From contig CM120641.1 in assembly GCA_051362555.1 (NCBI GenBank), forward strand, positions 1,302,001 to 1,366,000: 64,000 nucleotides of DNA, in the 5' to 3' direction. A program made the position numbers and the translations under genes. A model generated the notes under the pieces. It saw only the letters and a program-made list of their open reading frames with translations, made no database searches and was not told where the DNA came from. Position 1 is the stretch's first letter, and each line of letters starts with the position of its first letter. Shown one piece after another: positions 45,001-56,000 of this stretch. The DNA comes from Lingula anatina. Its lineage: Eukaryota > Animalia > Brachiopoda.

Positions 45001-46319
45001 ATTTTAACTACTCACAAAAGATAAAGCATCCATATCGTCTGATGTGATACTAGCAGGTGCAAAACTTCGGCTCCACTGTCGAGATTTTCTTGATGGTTTT
45101 CTGCCCTGTAACAAATATGAGAGGAAATCAACCATAGCAAACACTTAAAATATCCATAGAAATATTTGTAGTTTGTGCTATCAGCCGAGTCAAATATTTT
45201 CATGATTATGACTCTGTTACAGGCCAATATGACTGCTTTGGGTCAGAAGCTTCTTAGACCCTGGTGTCCTGAAGGACCAACAATTCCAAAACTTTTGGTG
45301 CAAACTGCATTTACTATGTACACTATTTAGTTATGTTTTGCAATACACTAAAACATTATATTTCATTGGAAACATATTTTAACAAATTGTATCCTAAGCA
45401 ATATCAACTCTTTTCTCACCACCAGCTGATTGACTCCATCCCATGCCATCTTCATCACGGAGTCTTTTCTCCCTCGTTTGCGAGGCCCCATCATGCGTCT
45501 GCGGTAGTATGTGCTGGTGCTGGACATGGGCGTCGTTCTCATCGACCCTCCGTCTGTCATGTCAAATCCCGTGAAGTGACCTCTCTTTGCTAATGGATCA
45601 ACAACGTTTGGCATGAACACACTGTCGGTCTCGTCTCCGTATTTCTTCTGCAGGCACTCTTTCTTCACGTTACCCACTAGTGACCTACTTAGAAGCCGCA
45701 GCCTGCGCTGTGTCCATTTGTCCTGCTCCGTAGGTTTTTGCTGTTCATCTAGGCCTAGGAATTCTTTAGTGCCTGATGCCAGTCGACTAAAATTAAAAAA
45801 AAAAAAAATCATTAATAAATAAATTCAATGTTGATTATGATTAATATTATAATGTATTATCACTTATGGTGCTGAATCTTGCCATTGGAATTTACTGAAT
45901 TAAATAAAGACGGGAACAATAAAATCATGTTTGTGCTGTATTATCAGTCAAGTTGTAAGACTATTACTGTACCATCTCAGCAAACTATTTCTTATAAAAG
46001 GAAGCCAACTTAAAATTCCTCTTTTGTTCTGTCCATTATAACTATGACATTAAGTGCACTGAAACATGGTTAGAAATTATTACCCCATGGTCTGTACCCA
46101 GATAATAAGGTAAAAAACCATCAAAATTTTACTGAAATGAACATGTGCTCCATGATATTTACCCATTACAAATTCTATCTTAAATATCATAAGAAAAAGA
46201 GCTCCAAACCTTCTCATTCTCTGCAGTGATTGCATCCTGTTCAGCTTGGGCCGCCCCGTGGCTGCTGGAGCCGACATAACACTGTGTTGGGGCTGGAATG
46301 CGTGCTGTGTGCTTGCCAT
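37448..46319 (-). CDS. RHBDF: Inactive rhomboid protein (iRhom, RHBDF1/2 orthologue), about 14 coding exons
   Basis: Approximate exons 46319-46210, 45786-45420, 45104-45016, 44688-44510, 41833-41576, 41070-40959, 40796-40722, 40257-40093, 39779-39688, 39408-39324, 39076-38881, 38576-38476, 38279-38127, 37876-37448. Motifs [42 protein letters not shown], the Cys-rich [20 protein letters not shown], the iRhom GPx signature (GPAGSQFG) and LPWIDNYAH. Confidence 0.92.
42187..44405 (-). mobile_element. Full-length ~2.2-kb non-autonomous Helentron/HINE element in an iRhom intron, with an internal ~146-bp satellite array
   Basis: 5' end has the hairpin TGTACCACCAGCG..CGCTGGCGGTACA. The subterminal repeat GCTGGTGGTACAAT, a 3' stem-loop and CTAGTT end at 42187. 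About 6 AGGTCA-rich units lie at 42580-43410. Same family as 1-579. Confidence 0.8.
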
Positions 46320-46836
46320 GCTGATTGCTCTGTAGATCTGTTGATAAAAGATACAATCAGATATCACATATGATTTTCAGGGTTAGAGAAAAGGCTTGTA
46401 TTAGAATATTAAATGGGCTCACTCCAGCAAATTTTGTTACAGTCAAATGGTCAAACAAGAAAAGATTGTAGCCACGTTAGATCTCTGACACATTTTCAAA
46501 ATAGTGCTGTCAGTTTTGTCATACAACATCTATGGCATGTACTGAACGGTTGGTCTATTAATATCCACAAGTCATTCCACGATGTATAAATTACACATGC
46601 TTTAACAACTTTCACTTTCTGATCGTGATGATGATAAAAAATTTTAGACAAGTTATAGCATATTGAAATACATGTGCGCATCACTTGAAGGTTATTCACT
46701 TATCAAAAATTACTGTTGGGGATACACCTGGTTTTCAAATATTATTCCGTTTAGGCAAAGCTCATCAACAAAGTTTTTCTTTCGTTCTTTGTACAACTGT
46801 AACAATGACAGTAACACCATTTGTCACCAAGCATAA

Positions 46837-49672
46837 GGCCACACTTTTTTAATTTTATGGATGACATCCTGCGCGCGCACCGATTTTCGCCCGTTCTCCG
46901 AAAAAAAAAAAAAAAAAAATCCCCCCCCCCCAGCCCCCAACGAAGTCGGTTGGCGCAAACGTCGTTATTGAATTTGCCAGGAAATGAGCTTTCTGCGCAT
47001 GCGTATTATCGCCATGTGGAAATGTGGCCGCTTTGCCGTCAAATTCATCTCTAGGATAACTTTCAAATTACACGACAATTAAAGTCATAAAGAGAACGGG
47101 CGGTCAGGTCATCTTTGATAGTAAAATAAATATTAGCCAAAATGATCTTATCTGATAGAGCAATTCATGAGCTTTCCAAAACAGTTTATTTTTTGAAAAT
47201 TAAGCAAGCCAATCAAAAGTTATTAAATTTTCAAGAATGCTAGTCGGCCACAAAATTTTGAAAATGTCTTGTATGCAAGCATATGTAACAGTGGAAGCCA
47301 AAAGTGTCACCTTATTGCCTAATCAATAAAACAAAATTGGCATAACTTTTGAATGGAGTGAAATATCCATTTGAAATTTTCTGGAAAGTTACACTATGCC
47401 AAGAAGAATCTGACAAGATACAATTTTCTGTAATTTATCCATTATTTCCATGGCAACCATTGCTAAATATCAATAGCGATCGATATTATTTTTTTGATTT
47501 TTCAACCTAAGGCTTCAGCATCACTGCCCAAAGGCTACTTTTGGATGAAAATGATGCTAAATAATGTGCCATCACTGAAATGAAAAATAATAGCTTCTAA
47601 TGTATCTGTTGCTATGAAAATCGTCATTATGATAGCTGTTGCTATGGTAACTGTTTGAATTTTTTTTACACATTATCATGAATTTTTAAACTGAATATGA
47701 AGTGGGAAACACTCTTGGTACTCAGTTTATTAATTTAAATTAAGACTGTCACTGTTGCCATGGCAACCAATATTACAATGACAATTGCATATACGATTTT
47801 AAGGTTTAACTAGTAAAAAATATCAGAATGCACAATGAAAATAAATAATATCCGATTTTGGTAAGTTATAATTTTGCCAAAAATTTTTAATTGATATTGG
47901 ACATCATAGCAGGTAGGTAATACAAAAACCAGCGAGATTTTTTGGAGAGACTGCCATAACATAATAAATAAGTTTTTTTTGTTAAGAAAAAATAAATAAA
48001 TAAATATTTTTTTTGTTCCCTTTTGTTCGGCTGTCATAAACCATTCTAGAGTTATTGCATATCTCCATGATTTTAATTAAGATTCCCCTTTTTATGTTCA
48101 CTGACGAGTTCAAAGACGAAAAAAGCACTAGCCCCATCAATATCGTACGTAATTTCATACTTTGTTTGAAAAATAAAATAAACTCTTTATTCTTGAATTG
48201 TAGGCGTTTTATCAATATCACTGGGTTTCGTGAATAATTCAAAGATTTTCTGATTAGATATTCTGATATCTTGATCCTCTTTGGGTGCTGAAAGTGCAGT
48301 TGCTTTTTCATCAGCAGAACAGCTTGGTGCGTCCGCCATGGTAAGATCAAAGTCACTGATTTTCTAACGGCTGTTACGGCTCTATCTTACCAGAAAATGA
48401 TAAATAAAAAACTGATTTGAACCGAGAATTAGTTTAAAAATTTAGGTAGGGGTTACAGAACTTTCAGAAATTCGTTATTCTAACTCTAAAACACGATTAA
48501 AAACTTTACAAGCTAGTTTTGGATACTGTTTTCGGTTGAGTAAATTTCTGTAACCCCTCACTTGAACGCTTGATTCACTCTCCTCATGAATATGTGTCCA
48601 AATATGAGGAAATAACATCCGGGACGCCGTACGGAGCTTTTAGAAAAATGGCGCGAAACGCGCATGTTGAGCAAAATTCGTAAATAGTGGGAACCAAACG
48701 AGGAAGTGAAATCACCGGCGATTTCTCGCAGCATTTTCGTGGCTGGAGGCTTACAACAGAGACATGATACATTGTTACACATATTGTTCGAAAGCCCATT
48801 CAATGCACTTTTTAAATATATTTTCATATTTATCATAGGACCCAAATCTTGGAAGTTATGATGGAAAACAAACAGCGATGTTAGATTTCTTCCCGTTTTC
48901 GACTGCGTGAGCAGTGTGACCTGACCTCCCTACATAAAGAGAACGGGTGCCGTCGTTTTGGATTGGTATGCCATTGATATTGGACATGGAGATATCACCT
49001 TTTTACAATTGTGCGAAAGGCTGGCGGCCGCCAGCGATTATCGCCCGAAAAATTTCAGTGACATTCTGTACAAAGCAGCACATAGGCTACCAGGTTTTCT
49101 GTAGCGAAAAAAGGGTCGACAAGGGCGTCGAGGTAGTTGGTGGGCTGAAGGTCGGACAGGCCACCTGACAGTTTGGCCGTGTGAGTCGAAGTAGACAAAA
49201 TGGCATCGTCCGAAATGACCTTTAATAGATTTGGTAGTATTAAGCATATCTTTGCATCATTTTTTTAAACATTTCTGTGAAGTGTTCAAAATGCTTTAAT
49301 ATTCTGAGAATACGAATAAAGACACACTGTTTGTTTGATATTTGTTTTATTGATTGCTATACCAACAAAATGCATGAAATAACCTTAATAGATTTTGTAA
49401 TAAAAAGTATATCTATTCATGACTTTTTTTTACATTTCTACGAAGTATTCACAATGCTTTAATATTTTGAGAGCATGGATAAAGACATATTGTTAGTTTG
49501 ATACGTGTTTCTGTGGTAAAATTTGTGTTTCCAGCTGTGTACTGACAGCATTCCTTTACTTAAGCAGTATTTTTTTTTTTTTTTGGACCGTTTTTTTTTT
49601 TTTTTTTCGCCCTCTCGCACCGATTTTGGGGTACCCAGAGGATGTCATCCATAAAAATAAAAAAGTGTGGCC
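46837..49672. mobile_element. 2.8-kb non-autonomous TIR transposon (PIF/Harbinger-like)
   Basis: ~33-bp TIRs GGCCACACTTTTTTAATTTTATGGATGACATCCT / AGGATGTCATCCATAAAAATAAAAAAGTGTGGCC and TAA TSD on both sides; no transposase ORF. Confidence 0.8.
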
Positions 49673-49819
49673 TAACCAACAAGCCCAGACAAGGGGAATC
49701 TCCACACCGAACTTGAAAGCAAATTCCAGCGATGGTAAAATATGATCCAATGGTTTTATTGACATTCTGGTACTGTTTCTTGTCTCGAAATTTACTTACT
49801 TATCATCAAAATTAACTTA

Positions 49820-49945
49820 CCTTTTTTGTTAGAACAAAATTATCTCCGTCATTAGTTTTATCTTTAATGCAAAACCCAGCCGGGAAAGTTTGCTTTGAAA
49901 AATAGGAAGCGGAAGTGAGGTAAATGCTTCGACTGCGCATACTCC
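49820..49945. promoter_or_regulatory. Probable iRhom non-coding first exon and iRhom/MPG bidirectional promoter
   Basis: Minus-strand donor AAAG|GTAAGT near 49820, tandem ETS-like GGAAGCGGAAGTG and TGCGCAT motifs. The iRhom ATG exon begins with an acceptor (CAACAG), which implies an upstream exon. Confidence 0.45.
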
Positions 49946-50407
49946 AATCTGAGCCCAATCTACAAACTTATTGTAAATTCTCATTTGATTGAGTTTATTT
50001 TTGTGAATTACGCTTTAATCCTGAGACCGAAAATACAAATCTAAAAAATATTTTACCAATTTAGTTTTGTTCGCTTACAAACAAAAACAAATATAACTAT
50101 ATTGAAAAAATACCGCATTGGAATCTGAATGAAAACCAGGAAATACAGGTGTTATCAACATCAGCGAGTGCCTTTCTAGCAGCGAATAAACAGCATCGGG
50201 AAAGTACATAAGCTATTTTTTGAACATAATAATATCCTGAGGATAATAAGTCACAGTTTACACCTGCATGCGGCATACCGGTATTTGTAGCGCTGTGAAA
50301 TCTGCACTATACACTAACGTAAAAAACAGCAGCTGGATACACTTGCATAGTGATAATACCAGGTTATTTCCTCTCAGTAATTGTCAAAGTCAAACATAGC
50401 TGAAGAT

Positions 50408-51866
50408 ATGAATCAGAAAACAACCAGTAAACGAAAAGCATCAAACAAAAAACCTAGTAAAAATAAAGACGAAGTAGCTAGCAAGTACTTCAGAGTGTCT
50501 CACGAATCAAGGTCAGAAAAGCCATTAAACAACCCCACCATGGCAAGTGGCACAAAACATTTAAGGGCATTTTTTGAGCTACCATGTCTTGAACTGTCAA
50601 AGGCACTTCTGGGGCAGGTGCTAGTGCGGAAACTACCAAATGGGGAACGACTGAGTGGAAGAATCGTTGAAACAGAGGCTTATTTGGGGAGTGCGGATTC
50701 TGCCTCTCACTCATACAAGGGGCCCACAGGGAGAAATGGGGCGATGTTTATGCAGCCAGGGACAGCATATGTCTACAACATCTATGGCATGTACTGCTGT
50801 ATGAACATCTCTTCTCAAGGTAAAACATGAGGCAGGGTTTATAAATTTTATATTACAAAGAGTTCTGTATTATTGATGTTTTATTATTATTAATATTATT
50901 ATTATTAATTTAATATTATAATATCTGGGCTCATTGAAACTATATTGTTCTATATGTACATTGATTGGTCCAACTCCACAGGGATTCACTCTGAATGCAG
51001 TCAGATTGATATATTAGTATGTTACTAGTAGAGTAGAATATAGAAAAGGTGGTCATTACACGAGTACCTTGGAAAGAAGAGGAGGCGTGTTATATTGTTA
51101 ATCTGATTGCATTCAGCGAGAGTCCCTGCTGAGTTGGATCAGTCTATGTAGTACAGTGGGAATGAGCCTTTTGACTTATTGGTGAGATTATTGAATTTCA
51201 AAAGCAGACATTATTGGAAAAATAATTAAGAAAGGAATTGTCTCCAATGGCAATATATTTAAATTCTTTTAGGACCGACCCGGTATGAACTTTCTATTAA
51301 ATGCATGAGTATTTATGTGGACTAATAAAACTGTCAATTTAATTTGAAGAACATATGAAAACATAAGATACCTTGGTTGGGCATCTAATTACTTCTGAAT
51401 GTAATGTAATGGAAACTGAATGTAATGATGTTATGCACAATTTGATATATGTAAGTTATGATAATTTTAAGTGTATTCCATTTCAGGCACAGGTTCTTGT
51501 GTTCTCCTCAGGGCGTTGGAACCACTAGAAAACCAGGACATCATGCGTGGGCCTCGCAGCATCAGGAGACAAGATGGAGGCAAGGGGATTAAAATCAAAG
51601 ACTTGTGCAATGGACCATCTAAACTCTGCCAAGCCTTACACATAGACAAAAACAGCATCAATACACAGGACCTGGTGACTAGTGGCTGTATATGGCTAGA
51701 GAAAGGAGCACCTGTTCCCAAGGAAGAAATTGTTATATCTACACGAATTGGGATTGAATCTGCGGGACCTGAAAGTGCATCTAAACCATACAGGTTTTAT
51801 GTGCGTAACAGTGATTGTGTAAGCAGAAGAGACAAGAAGGCAGAAGCAAAAAATGATCAGTCGTGA
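50408..51866 (+). CDS. MPG: DNA-3-methyladenine glycosylase (AAG/MPG), 2 coding exons
   Basis: Exons 50408-50819 and 51487-51866. Motifs GRIVETEAYLG, MFMQPGTAYVYNIYGMYCCMNISSQG, VLLRALEP, LCNGPSKLCQAL, RIGI and PYRFYV. Confidence 0.95.
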
Positions 51867-52324
51867 TGATGCCAAATATTCTAGATGGATTTCCAAAATT
51901 GCATTTGGTATTTTTTTCCAAATATGAAAAATTCAGTCTATGGACACTGGAAGACATATTAACAATTTTAGATAGAAAAATAATACTATATTTTAGATTT
52001 TATTGAAAAAGACCCTGGGTAATTATCATAAAACATGAATATTTTTATTTATGATTACCAATGTGGTTTTACAAGGTAAATGCATATAATTCTCTCTCAC
52101 TATTGCAGCTTGTAAAAAATCTTCATGATCACAGCACAGTTATATGTGTAAGTAACTGTATTGTTTCTGATATGTCTGAAAACTAGAGTGTAAGTCAATG
52201 AAGACTCTGCACATTGTTGAATGTGATCTAATCACCTAATCTACTCAATGTTTAACAATTATAATCTGTTTGATCAGTAAGCAATGCCCATGATGAAAAT
52301 TAACTGAAGTCATAGGTCAGCAAT

Positions 52325-52672
52325 CAGACATGCTGAAACTGCCGGTCCGATCGGTCATGACCGGGAAAATTTGCCTGGATCGGTAAAAAATTGGACTTGG
52401 TCGGTCCAAAGGACCGACAAGATTTTTAAGAGCAGCAATTTTGAATTTACAGTTATCATTTGACATACTTCTCTATTAAAATTATATAAAACCCAAAGAG
52501 TTTTTTCCCTTCCATTTCAAACTTATCACATTCACAAACAAAGTAAACTACCCTAATCGTGCTGGTGGTATCTGTCTCAAACGAAAGGGTGATTTTCGGT
52601 CCGACAAAAAACCATTCAGTCCAGCAAATTTTTCATTACTGCCGGTCCAAATTCAGGTTTTCAGCATGTCTG
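52325..52672. mobile_element. Non-autonomous hAT-like element with a 6-bp TSD
   Basis: 14-bp TIRs CAGACATGCTGAAA / TTTCAGCATGTCTG, AGCAAT on both flanks (52319-52324, 52673-52678) and subterminal CGGTCC repeats. Confidence 0.75.
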
Positions 52673-53079
52673 AGCAATGGTAACTAATACTGAAGTAAAT
52701 AAAACAAAGTTAATATCAAGGAAATGTATTTTGAATTAATATCTGTCATGATGGCAATTCAAGATCTGTTTGTCATGTGAGCACCACTGCTCTGTTCTTT
52801 CAAGTTGCTGTCCATTTCTCTCCTGAAAACCTTGTTCAGCAGTTTTTTCTAATTTAACTCTATGAGTACTAGTATGGCGCCTATTCATTCTGTCATCATT
52901 TCATCATTCACTGTCCCATGGCAGAAAATAAAGATGCAGGCACCAAACACAACTTTGTGCACTTTCAATCCTAATTTTGTGCATTCTCACTGAATTCCTC
53001 ATTTGTTCATTCATTTCTTTTTTCCATTCCTTGGAAATTGTCACTGTTATCTGAATAGACCAATCAGATATCAGCCGTT

Positions 53080-56000
53080 TCATTTACCATGAAATGAGGT
53101 TGCTGGGTCAGGATGAGTACATGTCACAAGGATACTTCTGAATTTATCAATCAGAGTCAGTAACTGGGACCTTCGTAGATTCTCATGGTACATGATTTCC
53201 TCCAAGTGAAACTGGCCATTAAAATATGGACACAACCTGGAAACAAAAAAAAAATATCTTTTAAATTTAGAAAAAATGAAAAGTATTCATGCAGACAAGT
53301 TCGAAACCTAAAATATTTAGGAATTTAAAATTAATAAAAAAAAAAAATCTGCAAAAATGATCATAACAGCTTATGTTCAAGGCTAAATTTTTTAATTTTT
53401 TTTTTCTTTGTTTTGTTCCACCTTGAGAGTGATTTTTAAAATATTCCAAAATATTTCAATTCAAAGTCTGTTCTATATTATGAAAAAGTCTTTATCCAAT
53501 CTCTAATACCTAACAAACATTTTCAAGTCCTCTAAATTATTAGCAGCAGGGACAGCACAGATGGCTTCTCTGTTCACAGAATTCATGTGCAGAGACTGCG
53601 GGAGTCTGCGCAGGATTTCCTCGCGTGCATTTTCTGACGGGGATTTGGCAAAAGAACTGGTTCTGGGACTGCCGTCACTGGTGCCTGAAACAACTGTTAG
53701 CAGTTCATATAAATTGTAGGTGCTTTTCATCTATCTGCACAATAATTTCATTATATCTACTTTCATATATATATATATATATATTTTTTTTTTTTTTGAA
53801 AGAAAAAGTGTTTTTCCTGTATGAGTATATATATGTGACAAAAACAGCAGTTACTTTACCCCAACCGGTTTCATCTCATCTTCAGGGTTTTTTTACTGTT
53901 TTTTATTGTTTTATATGTATGCACTTTTCCACACTTAATAAATTACCATCTTCTTGACAAAAAAGCAAACCAACCTGATCCTGTATCTGATATAAATGGC
54001 ATGTCTTCTGAAATGGATGTGGAGTGAGTACGATAGTATATGGTCTGGTTCTTCTCACTAGATGTCAGCACCAGAAACACATAAGTGTGTAGCTGTGTAA
54101 GGAGACGTCTCTGAAGCATCCACACCACCATCTGGACCTGCTGTGCCTGGAAGGTGACATGTATCAACACCATCACTTTGTCTGCGTAAAACAACCAGAG
54201 AGCACTGTCAAGTGTACAACTTTAACTGATCTTCATTTAACATGTTAAATGGTCCACTAATATATGAATCCTCACAACTTCTGGGTCTGAGCACAGGTTT
54301 CAAACATTTTTATTATATATGTAATTGCATACTGTAACTCTGAAAAACCCTTCATATTTTCCTCGTGGTATAAGGGGCAGTTGTGTGACAAAGAAGAAAA
54401 GATACCTGTTGTTGTGATATTCCTGTGTTCTCCCACCTAAACCTACCTGCTGTTGCGGAAGCCCCATGATATCCCTGTGTTCTCCCACCTAAACCTACCT
54501 GCTGTTGTGGAAGTCCCATGATATCCCTGTGTTCTCCCACCTAAACCTACCTGCTGTTGTGGAAGCCCCATGATATCCCTGTGCTCTCCCACCTTAACCT
54601 ACCTGTTGTTGCGGAAGCCCCATGATATCCCTGTGCTCTCCCACATAAACCTACCTGTTGTTGCAGAAGTCCCATGATATCCGTGTTCTCCCACCTAAAC
54701 CTACCTGCTGTTGCAGAAGTCCCATGATATCCCTGTGTTTTCCCACCTTAACCTACCTGTTGTTGCGGAAGCCCCGTGATATCCCTGTGTTCTACCACCT
54801 AAACCTACCTGTTGTTGCAGTATTCCCATGATATCCCTGTGTTCTCCCACCTTAACCTACCTGCTGTTGCGGAAGTCCCATGATATCCCTGTGTTCTCCC
54901 AGAGGAGTCGGCAAGGAGTACCCTGAAAGCACTGCAGGAAGCGACATCCCTGGAAACTGCTCCACAAATTCTTCAACCATACTTGAGTTACTACAATTTG
55001 AAAATTTATAATAAATTCAAGAAAATATCCAGAAGTTCCAATAAATCTTTTTGCTACAAGGATTTTTCCAATCATACATCTAGACCCCTTCAGTATCAGC
55101 TGCTTTTTTGTGAACTGTTTAATTTTTTGGTAAATTAAACACAAATTATATACTGCACATTATAAATAATCAATTAAGAAGTGATAAAAAAGCTGAATAT
55201 TTCAATGATTTTCTAAAAACTAATTAACTTTGTCAGATGTTTGAAAAAGTTAAGGTTTGACAGAAGAAATTTTTCACATTCATTTTGTCTACAGGTTAAA
55301 CTAACAAAAACTCAATCCTGCATCTTTCTGATATATACCCCATGCCTTTTAGCATGGAGTCCTATAATGCTATGATCTGTGTACTTACACAAAAATGTTA
55401 GCATTTGGTGACAGGACATAGACATTGGTTTCACACAGTGGGTAGACAACAATGGCCTTGGCCCAGTACACAAGATGACTGGACAGGTGGAACACCTGGA
55501 ACACATTAAAACAATCACCCATAACCAGCAATTTCAAAGGAAGGGGGGGTCTGAAAAAGTGGACCTTTAACCATGAAACCTGTGTGTATCTAGCTGTATT
55601 TTTACCTAGAGCAGACCCCCCACCCCACCCCCCACCCCCCACCCCCACCCCCACCCCACAACCCCACCCCCACACCCCACCCCCGGAAAAAAGGGCAGTT
55701 TGTTTGAAACCCCTGAACCCCCCTGGCTGCAGGCTTGAAACAGAACACTTCACGCAGCACTTGGTGCCTATATCTATCAAAAGGATGTCAGGAACAACTG
55801 CCTTCACATGATTCCTTAATGCTTTAAAGTGAATATCAAATTCTTAAAACAATAACTCAAGTAAGGAAAATATACTGAAAGAAAAAATGATCCAGTAAAA
55901 AACTGAATTTATTGCATTTGTTTTTAATTGTGAAAACTTTATTTTTCAAAAAGTCCTTTAAAGTTCACTTAGTACCTACCAAATGTACACAATACTCAAT

